Shown piece by piece: positions 37,956-51,400 of a DNA stretch of 64,000 nt. Below the pieces are notes generated by a model, which was not told where the DNA came from, did no database searches, and worked only from the letters and a program-made list of their open reading frames with translations. The stretch spans positions 132,682,001 through 132,746,000 of the forward strand of contig NC_058368.1 in NCBI RefSeq assembly GCF_018350175.1, given 5' to 3'. The translations under genes and the position numbers were made by a program. Within the stretch, counting starts at the first letter, position 1. Each line of letters starts with the position of its first letter. The stretch is from Felis catus. Its lineage: Eukaryota.

Positions 37956-40900
37956 AAGAACTTTTAGGTAATTGTATACAGAACCAATAATCACTACTTT
38001 TTCTCAAAACTAATGGGCACAGGACCATTTTTTTGCAGCTCTATACTAATTTCAAAACCTTTTGTATTGACCTAAACTGGGTGGTAGTGAATAAGGAGCT
38101 TAATAGCTTCTGTGTTTAGTAATACATCTGACTTCCCTGAGAAATACATAGTGAATTAAATTTGCCATACATATTCACTAGATTGATTTTAAGATATAGC
38201 AGCTCACTATTTAGGTTCCTCACCTTGGCAGTGTGCAAGTTTGATGACCAGAAGAGCTCGTTGGAGCTTGTCATAGTAATATTTAAATGTGTCTGCAGGA
38301 ACATCCAGTTTTCAAACATGTAAGTGCACTAGTTCAATATGTCTACTGTCTCATCATTCAGGAGATAAAGTTTCACTCATATTTTCTTGTGTTTATACTA
38401 CTGGGTATATAATTTTGAAGATACAATCACAAGGTGGTATCTTTAGAATCTGTTCCTGTTTCTTGGCTTTATTGTGGTTTGGGCTCTCAGTAATCACTGG
38501 CCTTTTGAACTTAGGTAGAAAAGAAAAGTAATACTTCTTAATAGCTTCCATTGGGATGTCTGTGTTCGTTTGCACATTAAAAGCAATGAGTTTTGGACTG
38601 TTAGAGATCATTTTAAAGCAACACATAATCATAATAAAGCCTTATTAATTCAAAGTGAAAGGAATGGAAGAGCAGAAAAACTTCAAATTATGTAATTCCA
38701 AATAATTTGTTAATTTGGTCAAAAGTCTAATAGAGAGCTTCTCGTCTTGTAAGTAAACCCTGTACCAGTCAGGAAGGCATGCTAGTGTTAGGATAAGAAC
38801 ACTGCATTAAAAACCATCCATGTACTTGTGGGCCTGACTGTGTGACTTTTGGCAAGTTACTTCACCTCCTTGAGCCATCTCATTTTTCTTACTCATAGAT
38901 GAAGACAACACTTCTCATACCTACTTGCCTGGGGTGCTGGTGAGATTTAATAATGTGTGAAAGTTATTTGGGAAAGCATAAAGTGCCATATATATTTGAA
39001 GTATTTTTCTAACTATAATTTATACATAATGCAACCCTTTGGGGATCAATATGTAACACACAAGTCACAATTTAATAGGGGGAAAAAAGCGTCCATGAGG
39101 CAAAGTACTGTTGCTTACAGTTTAAGAGATTCACAAATGGTTATCCTCAGTGGATTTTGGGTGAAGATCTGTTGACGGTGATTAGAAACCAAGTTTGGAT
39201 TTTTCTGTTTTTTTAATGATTATTGCCTATTTTGGAAATTTGATTCCAGAAGCCAGAACAGAATGAGCAGTTTATAGAAGATTACGAATGGCGGGATTAG
39301 TTGAAGAGAATATATTCAGTATCAATATGGAAAAATAGATACTTGGAGGAAACTGAGGACAGTCACAATGACATCAGTCAAGACCATACCTGGTTAGGCA
39401 AACTGGTCAGGCTAAGAAGGATAATAACAGCCAAGGCTTGGTGAGCACTGTCCATGTTCCAGACACCATAATCACTGCCTTCCATTCATTAATTAATTTT
39501 ATCCTCACAGTATTCCCTGAAGTGGATTTACCAACCTACTTCTCTTATTGTACTATTACCCCCCCCCCCATTTTCAAGCAGAGAAAACTGATACTCAAGA
39601 GGGTTAAATGGTTCACCCACGATCTGTCATGCTCTTTGCTACTCTACTGACTATACCCATTTTTGTGCTCCTCTTCTGTGCCTTGGAGACAGCACTGTGT
39701 CATGTGGTCAGAATTTGGTCTCCCAAGTATGTATTCCTGTTGGATCGACTTTTACCTCCTTAGCTTCTTAAATGACATTCCCTCTAAATCAATCATACGT
39801 AATCATGTGGGGAATGAATGAGTTTATCTAGTTCCACATTTCCCTTTGTCTAAAGTGACCTTTTAGGTTTTAGTCCTGAAGTACAGTGAACACTTATCAA
39901 CAACCTTGTAGCCTCTGCTCCCGACTCCCAGCCCTTACACTGTTAGTGTTTCCATCATCAGCGTTATAAGTGATTTTTTTTCAGGATCTCAATTTTGTTA
40001 GTTTATGTGTGTTTTTATTTCTTTATATATATGCTTGTGTACACAGAACAAATGCTAAAGCCATAAACCAAATATGATGACCCATACATGGTTTATTTCT
40101 ATGTGGGGACACACTTATTTTTTTTCATTTGCTTACTGTCTTTTCTACACGTGTTTTTTTTTTTAATAATTAGAAAAAGTTATTTTAAATGGAGGTAAAC
40201 GTTTAGTTGATTCCTTAGAAGCAAAGGTATTGATTATCTGTTGTGTCTAACATGTGGTAGGATGGGGTTCAAAAGAAAAATAAAAAGGAGATAATATTTT
40301 GAATGTTTCGAGTTTAGTTTGAGGACACGAAATACTAAATTAAAAGAAGAAGAATAGTAAGTAAAATGATATCAATTAAGTATTTATTAAGTATTGGGAT
40401 ACACTGGTGAATATGGCACACATACTCCCTAACCTTCTTAGTTAGCATTTGAGTTTGAACTGAACTTTTATTTGTTTTTGTCTTAAAAAAAAAAAAAGAA
40501 ATTTATATACAGGAAGGAGTAGTCAGGAAGGTATAGCCATTTTGGGGATGAACCTGTGAGTTCAAGATGGCAGTATTTAAGACCTCTGTGGATTATGTGT
40601 CATTTCTCATGTCTTTTAAATCATGGTGTGATACTGATCTGCTGAACTGTAGTACTGCTCTGAAGCTTAATAAGCAAGTTAACAAAGTGTTATTCAAGGT
40701 CTCTTTATTACTATTATTACTTCCAATGATGGCTAGGTGTATGTGAAGTTAAAAGTATGAACTTTAACCCTCTATTTGCAGCAAAGTCTAAGAGACACTG
40801 GCACTTTTCTTTTTTTAATGCTTTGTTACATAAATTTCTGTATCATCCGTACATTTCGGGGCAAGTCAGGTTGGAGTATGGAATGAATGCTAAGAAATCA

Positions 40901-42559
40901 TTAGGGGATCACCTTACACAGCCAAAGGCTAGTCTCTTGAGGCCTTTTCCTTTTCTAAACACAGTACATTTACTGATTGCAGCGATTGCTTTTTCTTTGA
41001 GTTGGTATTTGGTATCATGAATATAACACTTTAGTTACAACCACTAAAATCAATCAGCCTCTTAATTAGAACAGTAACCCATAAGACTTTGGTCTTTAAA
41101 TAGAGCAAAAACCCTTGTGACTTTTGAGCTTTAGTTGATGTAACTTGGTTCCAGCTCTTACTGTATTGTATGAATTGAGAAGTTAATCTCTAACATCGAG
41201 TCATCTGTTGTAAAAATCTATGGTGGTATATATTTTAGGCATCCTGTTGTCTGTTGAAAAGATAATAAAGGTAAATCTCATAGTTTTAGACAACTTGCTT
41301 CCTCTCAAGAACTTAGGACCAAACAGAAATCTAAGTTTACGTTGTTTTCTAGACTTTTATTCTCAAAATATTTCTTGCACCAATAATGCTCTAAAACTTT
41401 TTTGAAGTGTCACCTGCAAAATGATTTAATTGAATTATTTTGTGTGTATTTTACAATGCTCTGCTTTATCAGGGAAGCATATTAACATCAATAGTTATGT
41501 CTCCCTCTCTCCCTGCCCCTCTCCCACTTGCCCTCTCTCTCTCAAAATGAATAAAATTAAAAACTTTAAAATAAAATTTTTAAAAATTTTAAAAAGGAAA
41601 AAACTGTATAAAGGACTTTTTAGGGTTCTTTGGAACCTAAATACTTTAATACTAGGGAGTAGTGTTTGCTGGCTGGTCAGCAGTGAGTAATAATTCAGCA
41701 GTCATGCTGTTTTGCTTGTCAGACCCCCAGCAGGCTCCTACATCCTAAGACTTGCTCAGAATTTCTTTGTAGACTTATACAGTGGCTGACTGTGGATTCC
41801 TTTCTTTTTAGAATTTAGTTGTTTGCTGGAAATTGAGCTTTTGAATTTTGTAGGTTCTTTGTCCTCCTCATTTGAAAAATATTTAAATGATCTTGCTCAA
41901 AGGGCACACAGAGAAACAGCATGACTGACTTACGGGAAATTAGTAAGCAGTAGGGTTATTTTTAGCTTTTACTCCTTGCAAACATTTCCTTTTGTTCTTT
42001 AGAAGACATTGTTGATCTGTTCATTCATTTGCTGCACTCTCTCCCCCCACCCCCACCATGATTTGGGGCAGAATAAGTCCTCTCTTCTCTACTCTGCATG
42101 ACATAACTGTGTTAATTCTTATTTTATTCAATTGCAACTCATGAGTTATTCATTTGTTCATGTTTTTCTAGGTTCTGAAATACCACCACCACCACCTCCA
42201 ACCACACACACAATTTGTTGTTACTTGGAGTTGAGGTGTACCCTAATCTGCAGTGGCTGCCTGAAAAATATTCACACAAGCAAAATATACAAAATGTATA
42301 TTTTTCTCAAAATATTTTATAGTGGTAGCTGATGGTGTATTTGCCTTTATTTGCTCTGTTAATACTTACTTAAAAACTATAATCTTTAGAAAATCATGCA
42401 ATTAGTATTACAGAATCAGTCCCTAGTCCAGGGTAGATGGTTATAAAGGCTGACCTTTACATCCAGCCTCATGTTTGACCCTTGAAACAGACAGCTTCCA
42501 GTATATAGAGGAAGTAGGATTTCTAAGGAAATAGAACTGAAACCTCACTTTTGCTCTGT

Positions 42560-42796
42560 TTTTATTTTTTTATTTTTTTTAAATTTTTTTTTCAACGTTT
42601 ATTTATTTTTGGGACAGAGAGAGACAGAGCATGAACGGGGGAGGGGCAGAGAGAGAGGGAGACACAGAATCGGAAACAGGCTCCAGGCTCTGAGCCATCA
42701 GCCCAGAGCCCGACGCAGGGCTGGAACTCACGGACCGCGAGATCGTGACCTGGCTGAAGTCGGACGTTCAACCGACTGCGCCACGCAGGCGTCCCT
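42560..42796 (-). mobile_element. Young feline Can-SINE
   Basis: CpG-rich, near-consensus copy; TSD TGCTCTGTTTTTA. Confidence 0.95.
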
Positions 42797-45060
42797 GCTC
42801 TGTTTTTAAAGTCGGTTTTGATAAAAGACTTTGCTACTTTAAATAACTTACAAGAGGATTTAGTTATTTTGTAACCTCATAATTTAAACTTCCTTTTTTT
42901 TTTTTTTTCATTTTTCTATAAGGTAGAGAGGAATTATAGCAATTGTGGTTCCAACTGTGGATTCAGGGGCCAGGAGGGTGCCTGGGTGGCTTAGTCAGTT
43001 GAGCATCTGACTCTTGGTTTCTGCTCATGTCCCACAGTTCATGGGTTTGGGTCCTGCATCAGGTTCCATGCTAACTAACAGTTGCAGAGCCTGCTTGGGA
43101 TTCTCTCTCTCCCCTCTTTCTGCCCCTCCCCTGCTCTCTCTCTCTTTCAAAATAAATAAATAAAAACTTTTTAAAAAACCTGAATTCTGGAATCAGACTA
43201 TCTGGTTGCAAATCCTAGTTCTACTGTTAATTTCAGTATGTTTCAATTTCCTTATCTCAAAATGAAGATTACGGTATATACTTCATACAATTATTTTGGA
43301 ATTTGAATCAGATAATCCAGGTAAAGGCCCTAGCATAATGCCTAACGTGGTAAAGTCTCAATAGATATCCACTATTATCTGATTACTTTATCAGATTTTT
43401 TAAATCTAAATGTAGGATAGTTGTTATTTTAGATTATGTACCAGAAAGAGGCAAAATATTCAGTTTTCTGGAACCCTTTACTCTTTTCTATAAGAATTTT
43501 TTATTAGGATGTCCTCAAACACAGGTGGCCTAATTCCAGCATCTAGTGAGTTTCATTCCCTTTGGCCCTTCAGTATTTGCAGCTCTTCATATCTAGAATC
43601 AGCGCAATTATGATAGGAAGTCAAGCAAAACATTTTTTTGCATAAAGAGAGGAAGGCAGAATGTGAAATGGCATTGACATCTGTGCTTCTGCCCTGGGCC
43701 AAAAGCAGAATCGTTATTTGCTGCTGATTTGGCATCCCATCTGCTGCCTTCTCCAGTGCTTAAGCCCTTCTTCCTTTCTCTTCCCCTCAGAGCCCCAGGG
43801 ATGATGAAGCCAGGGAGGGACTGGGATTGTAACACATCTGAAGAAGGAAACAGGACAGAGGTTCAGGGAAAAACAACAGAAAGATAACCCCATTCTGTAG
43901 ATGAGCCGGTTGGTTTAATGCAGTCTTCTCTGTCAATGTCAATTTTACACAAGTTCTGTGTACAGTGTGAAAGGCAGAAAATATCAGCTTGTTCTAGTGA
44001 ATTCCCCTTTTTTTGATCAAGAGCTTTCCTGACATCAGATTCGACAACTTACTATACTTCAAAAAAAATTTTTTTTAACTTTTAGACCACACCCTGAGAG
44101 TACGTCCTTTATTTTTCCAAGGGATGCTTTAACTTCTGATATATGCTTTGTTTGTCCAGAAAGCTCTCCCTGCATTTAAGTTACCCTCTTGCCAACTGAT
44201 CCACACTTATACTTCCCCCTGAAGTGGCCTCTTGTTTTAACCTCTTCTACCCTGAGAGGTACAACTAGGCTTTCTGCAACATAGTTATCTTAGAATCACG
44301 TATTTAAAGTTCAGAACACAAAATATAACATGCAAAGGGTATCTGCAGTGTTGTAATTTAACTCTGATTTTGATTAAAACTTGAATAGTTAAGGAGCACC
44401 TGGGTGGCTCAGTTGGTTGAGCATCTGACTTTGGCTCAGGTCATGATCTCAAGGCCCTGCATCGGGCTCTATGCTGACAGCTTGGAGCCTGGAGCCTACT
44501 TCAGATTCTATGTCTCCCTCTCTCTCTGCCCCTCCCCTGCTCACACTCTTGTCTATCTCTCTCTCAAAAATAAATAAACATTAAAAAAAACTTTTTTAAC
44601 TTTAATAGTTAAACAGTAGAGTGATGAGTGCTCCAGAAAGGCATGTTTTGAATAAACAAAATGAAGCACATGAAATAGATAAGTAGGGAGAAACTGTCTT
44701 AAATCTATTCATTTTTAATGGAAAAAAATTTTTTAATATTTTTATTTCCAAAGCTTAGGGCTTGTTTTAACTCAGTCTGATTTTTATTTTCATTTATGAT
44801 TTCCTGATGATTGTTCCAAGTTTGTCTATGATTTAAAAGAATAAAATGTTACTTTAACATAGAGTACTTGGGGGTTATTTTTCAGGCTGCTTGGTACTGT
44901 GTTTTGTTTTTATTTAAATTTGAAGTTATCCTAACCCTTTATTCAAACAGGTAGTTGACTCTGATTCTGACTCAAGTTTTACAGAGTCTTAATTATGATT
45001 CATCACATAGGTAGTTTTCATTCAGTGCTTTAAAAAAAGACCTTTATGTTTATTTTCTAG

Positions 45061-45321
<261 letters not shown>

Positions 45322-45572
45322 TAGAACTTATTTCCCTTGTAATCATGGTATTACCCTAAGAGTGCTAATATGGGGAGGGGAGACTGCTAAATATCCTGGG
45401 AATATGTCCAAGAAAAAAAAATACATCTTCTTTTAAATCTTAAATGAGGTATCTTACTCCCATTTTGTAATATGTACTATAGGCGTCAGTTTTTTAAATC
45501 TTTGATCTTGTGATATTAGAACACATAGTTCTCTCTTCTCCAAAACATGCCCAAACATTCTTATGCTATTAG

Positions 45573-45701
45573 GTCTTCTGACCTTACGCCAGATTGTTTT
45601 GAGCAAAGTTGATCAGTCTCTCCATACCAACACGTCGCTGGATGCTGCAAGTGAATATGCCAAATATTGCACAGAGATTTTAGGTGTCGCGGCAACTCCA
45701 G
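45573..45701 (+). CDS. NLN: Neurolysin exon 11 (129 bp)
   Basis: ctattAG...CCAG|gtatgt; (G)[42 protein letters not shown](G). Confidence 0.97.
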
Positions 45702-47170
45702 GTATGTAAGCACTATGACCTGAATTCATTTTCTTCAGTGAAGTACAGGGTATCCTCCTAACACTGCCAGGAAACATAGGGTTTGTCAGGCAGCTTACCT
45801 GATGTATATTTGTTTCTGATTTCTATAATCAGGCCATGGCTTTCTGATAAGCTTACTATGTCTGTATGACTTATCCTGTCCAAGTGTGTTTAAAGGAAAG
45901 GTGGCTCCAGCTTTGCAGCATTTTAGTGTAATCAAGAATGAGCAATTGGCCTCCACCCCAGAGCAGAGAAAGCCATTCGCATTTGGCAACAGCCACCTGG
46001 CTCCTCCCTCCGTACGTGTGCCCTGACTTCCTAGTGATTTCACTGAGAAATTGGCAAACGGGGAAGTTTTAGAGAGAAGTACAAACTTCTACCTTGTTTC
46101 TGATTTTGGTTCTGAGATCAGTTAAGGAATTCCAGCTAGCCTTTTCTAGCCCAGTATTTATGAGATTCATGTGGGTAGGTGGGCAGGTACACACGTCACT
46201 GTGTTTACATTTGTATTTATATATTTTAAGCCAACATGTAGTTGTTCATGTATACATAGTTGGCAAGGTGACTTTTTTCCACCAAGGAAGTTGTTATTTA
46301 AATGAACCTGTCACATTGATAGTGATAATAAAGGTCAGAAGAGTCCAATGGAGTCAATCCAGGCTCCTCACTTACTTTTGTGATCTGTTTATAGTAGACC
46401 ATACAACAGTTTTGTCCCTGAGACCAATTTGACAAAATCCTTTTTATTTTTGTTAAGTTTATTTATTTATTTTAAGAGAGAGAGAGAGAGAGAGAGAAAG
46501 TGGAGGTGGGGAGGGGCAGAGACTGAGGGAAAGAGAATCCCAAGCAGTCTCCACGCTATCAGAATCCAAGACACGGGCTCCATCTCACAAATGGTGAGAT
46601 CATGACCTGAGCCTAAATCAAGAGTCGGACGCTTAAACTGACTGAGCCACCAGGCACCCTGAAAAAATCCTTTTTAAAAATAGCCCTAGAGGTAGATTGA
46701 GTTGGCAAAACCTTTTTAGTTTTTTAAATAAAGAGTTCTTCAGTAATTATGAACCTAAAGTAAGTGCCGTTCTGACACATTTTAGCTGCAAAGCTGTGTG
46801 ACAAAGAGTGGGCTTACTATTAGAGTATCTATAAGACACAAATGTGTCTAAAGGATTAGAAAGGACTGAGTAGTCCTGAAATACTGAGCTATCTGATGGG
46901 TGTGGACAAAGCCTCTGAAACTATTGTTAGACATTCCAGAACTTAGGGCCGAAACCAGCTCTGAAGTTGAGTCATCATAGCAGAGAAGTTTGTAAACATC
47001 TTGGCCAAGGGCACATGTAAACCCAGGGAGTACTGCAGGTAAGATCCTGCTTGTTGCTGGAGACTGTCACTCTCCAGTCTCCGGACTCCCCAAAGGGAAA
47101 CCTTAGCCAGCTGATAACCTGATAATTAACATTGGCCATCACATTGATTGAAATGTATCTTTCTTTAAAG

Positions 47171-47307
47171 GCACAAATATGCCAGCTACTTTCGGACATT
47201 TGGCAGGGGGATATGATGGCCAATATTATGGATATCTTTGGAGTGAAGTATTTTCCATGGATATGTTTTACAGCTGTTTTAAAAAAGAAGGGATAATGAA
47301 TCCAGAG
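47171..47307 (+). CDS. NLN: Neurolysin exon 12 (137 bp)
   Basis: ctttaaAG...GAG|gtattg; (G)[45 protein letters not shown]. Confidence 0.98.
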
Positions 47308-48375
47308 GTATTGTATCTTCTTTTCTCCTTTTGTTAATTTTGTCATTCCCAGTGTAAAATATTTATTACACCTAGATTTTAGCGTAAGAGATTTGGTAAC
47401 AGCTTTTAACTTGAAAATCTTGAATCTTCTCAAATCATCCATCATTAAGTTGCAGTGCACAAGTGATTAACTCTAATTCTCTAAGTTAAAAAAAAAAAAC
47501 TACCACATTTTCTTGCTTATTAACATTCCAATATATTGCATAATTAAAATTCAAAGCTTTGTTTATGCATTTGAGCATTTATAGCTGCTAGTTTTGACAT
47601 GTGCCATACAATGCTTTAGTTTTATAGGAGGTTGGGAAAGAAAGGTAAACTCCTTCTTGATGTTAATGGTCTAGGTATGTTTTCACATTCTCTACACAGT
47701 TTCTTTATACATTTTCTATGGGAGGTACCCTTTCTCTGTGACTGGCATACCCCACCTCCTACATAGTTTGTAACCGAAATGCCTTTACGTAATTTAGGCT
47801 GCTTCATTAACCTGAGCCATTCCTTTCTGTGTACAGTGAATTGGCTGCCAGGTGGCTACCAGCCAAACCTTCCGGAGTTATAGTCCCCTAGTCTCCACTC
47901 TTGTTGAAGACTCAGCTGTCAGATTATTTCCAGGCCTGATGCATTTTTCAGTGTGCTTCTCATTCTATTTGATTCAGAAATTAGAAGAGCAAGTTACCAA
48001 ATTCAGGTTCTCTGTGCTTATTTCAGCCAACCAATTTCTTCCCCCCAACTTTATGTTTCTGGATTGCATAGTGCCTCACACACATATACTGAAATTCATT
48101 GCTATAATTTTTTTTTTTAATGTTTATTTGTTTCTGAGAGAGACAGAGTGAGAACACAAGCAGGGGAGGGGCAGAGAGAGAGGGAGACACAGAATCTGAA
48201 GCAGGCTCCAGGCTCTGAGCTGTCAGCACAGAGCCCAATGCAGGGCTCAAACTCACGATCCCTGAGACCATGACCTGAGCCGAAGTCAGATGCCCAACTG
48301 CCCAACCAACTGAGCCATCCAGGCGCCCCACATAGCTGTAATTTAGCCCACCATCCCCTTCTTCCCACCCCCCCT

Positions 48376-48417
48376 GCAAAACAAAACAAAACAAAACAAA
48401 ACAAAACAAAACAAAAC
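48376..48417. repeat. (CAAAA)n pentanucleotide microsatellite
   Basis: Direct reading, about 8 units. Confidence 0.97.
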
Positions 48418-51400
48418 ACCTCCAGGGTACCTACATTATCTACACTAACCTTCCCAATCATTCCTTCTTCCATCCTACCCTACCCAGGCTATTAGGTCAC
48501 CGTAAGTCTCCTTCCATTCCCTGGCCAACCTATTACAATGGTCAGCCACTGACTGTTCTCATATATGTCTTGACTTCTGTATGACCCTTAGCCAAGTACC
48601 CAGCCCTGGATTCCTCTACCATCTCACTTAGAGATGGTGCCCTTGGGATTCAGAGCTTTCCGGGGAAGATTGTGACTCCATTAACATGTCTCACTACAAA
48701 ATCGTGCTATCCAACCTGTAGTGGACACCCAGTGTTACTCTGCTGTCCTGTCCCACTTCCCTTATTGAGATCCCCCGAGTCTCAAATCCTCTCTCCTCTC
48801 CACTAAGAAAATTACGGTCATCAAGACTAAATATGTCATTTTTGTTCTCTTTCTATATTTCAGTTTTCACCTTCTTTCCCTCTGTCTGAAAGTTGTGTCT
48901 AACACCAAGCCTTAATGTGTCTTGGCAAAAACTGGGATTATTGCTACTGCCTCTGGTAACCCTGTTGCTATTACTCAGTTCTCCTTCCTTTCACAGCCTA
49001 ATTTCTTGGTGTAAGGAGCCGTCCATGCAAACCTCTATTTTGCCTCCACCAACGGAACTAGAAAATTACTCTCTCTCGAGTGACCACTGATGACCCAGTT
49101 GCCAACTTCCAAAGGCCCTCACCTACCCTTTTGTTTTTACTTCCCGTTTCTTGCTTTCCTCTCCTTGTTTACAGTCCTTAGCTTAGCCATCACATGTCTT
49201 CCTTACTTCCCAGAATTCAGTGTGTCAGCCAGATTTATGTGTTCCCATAGGTCTTTGCACCTTCACAAATACGATCATTCTATTTCTTCCACCTAAAAGG
49301 TGTGACTTTCTTGTCTCTACCTCTTAAAAATTTTAACATTCTTTTAAGTTTATTTATTTGTTTTGAGAGAGGCAGCATGCACGAGCAGGGGTGGGGCAGA
49401 GAGAAGGAGATGGAGAATCCCAAGCAGGCTCCACACTGTCAGCACAGAGCCCCACATGGGGCTTGATCTCACAAACCGTGAGATCATGACCTGAGCTGAT
49501 ATCAAAAGTCAGATGCTTAACTGACTGAGCCACCCAGATACAGCTTCAATCTTACCATTCTTAAAGGCCCTAGTCACATGGCTGGCTACTCACTTATGAA
49601 ATCTTCTAGATCATCTGAACCAAAAGTGGTATTTCCATTTTTTGAAGAAAAGAATGGACTTGAGGGAAGTGTGAGGGAAGGATTTCACCAAGCTTTTTCT
49701 TATGTCTGGAATGTTTAATATAACTATAACACAAAGTGAAAAAAATCAGGCTATAAAATATTTTGTACCATAGAATGCAAATTCTTATTTTAAAATACAT
49801 GTTTAGAAAAAGAGTACATCAAAATGTCCATTCTTAGCTTCGAGTGATAATTTCATGAGTGATTATTAAATATTTTTCTGTGATTTTTATGGAGCTTTTC
49901 CTTATTTTTTACACAGAGCATGCATTATTGCAGAAATCAGAAAACAATGATTATAGAGACTCCAGGTCTACTTATATAAAGGTGCAATTATGACCTGTTA
50001 CTGACTCTTATAAGTTGGTGACGCTTCCTAGCATAAGTGCCACAGTACCTTTTTCAATTAAGCTTCCTCACTCTCCTCTGTGTTTCCACTTACATAGCCA
50101 CATCTCCAGTACCTTCCGCTGTTACCTCTTCTTTTCCATCTGTCAAGGTAACAGCCCATGTACTGATCCCAGTCGGCCCCAAGGAACTTGCAAGTCCAGC
50201 AGACGCAGTCCCTGCCATTATGCTTCTGTGTACTTCCTCTTACTCTCAAGCTTCACAGCTTGGCAGGCAGCCAGACTACTTTTATTTTAGATCAGGGGCC
50301 TGGGGTGAACTTGGAGAACACAAGATTCCCAACAACTTGGAGTTGTTGCCTTGTAATGTAAAACACAGTTTCCAGTTTCACTAAAATTCTGGGTTCAACA
50401 TTGCTATATATTATTCATCTTACGCCATGAAGCTAACTTTAATCCCTTCCTTTTTCTTCCCTATCAAGTATTCTGGGATATTATAGCATTTCTTGCTCCC
50501 CTTTTGTCACAACAGTAGTGAATCGGGCTCCAGTGACCAAGGAGAATCCCTTTGCACCCCACTCTCACACTCTTCACTGCAGTGGCAGAGACTAGAACAG
50601 CTTTTTAAATAGCCATTTTGTTCCCTCTACAGTATACTGTTTGTTTGGTTCACTTATTTTTTGTTTTAAGTTTTACAAATGTTTGCTCTAAAGTAATACC
50701 TGATTTACAAAATTCAAATACCCACTTATTAAAATGTAATACTTTGAGACAGTTATCCTGTTCTAAGAAAAATATTTGGTCATTACAGCTACGTTGTGAT
50801 GAAGAGAAAGAATTTTTTTAAGTTTGTTTGTTTGTTTGTTTGTTTATTTATTTATTTATTTATGTTTAGTAATCTCTGTACCCAAATGGGGCTCAAACTC
50901 ATAACCCCGAGATCAAGAGTCACATGCTTCTCCAACTGAGCCAGCCAGGTGTCCCGAAAGAATTTTTATAGAAATACTGAATTTGATCTGAAGTCAAGGG
51001 TATCAGAGCATTCACAATATATCACACAGACCCTGTTGTCTCAAGGCTCCCTGTCTCCCTCGTATGTTTTTTCCCTCATCACTAAAATTCTGCTGTATTT
51101 TCCAGAATTACAAAGTTTCTGGTAGATAGGGACCAGTTATTATTGCCCAGCACAGGGAGGTAAAAAGACTCTTTGCTAAAACCATTGTGAAAATTCTGTA
51201 TTAGCAAGGATAAATAATAGACTCTAGAAATGTTCAGTAATAAACCACAACAAAAGCAAGCAAATAAAAGGACACCTTGAAAGGAAGGAGGATTAGAGTG
51301 TCTTAGATTTCTTAATAAGCATCACAATTGAGTACATATTGGTGCCATTATATCGATGTAAAGTTGACACCTTTTTTTTTTAATTGAATTGTAGTTGACA

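Noticed and set aside
46975..47460. 161-aa minus-strand ORF
   Set aside because: Antisense shadow of NLN exon 12 and intron, with no recognisable protein features
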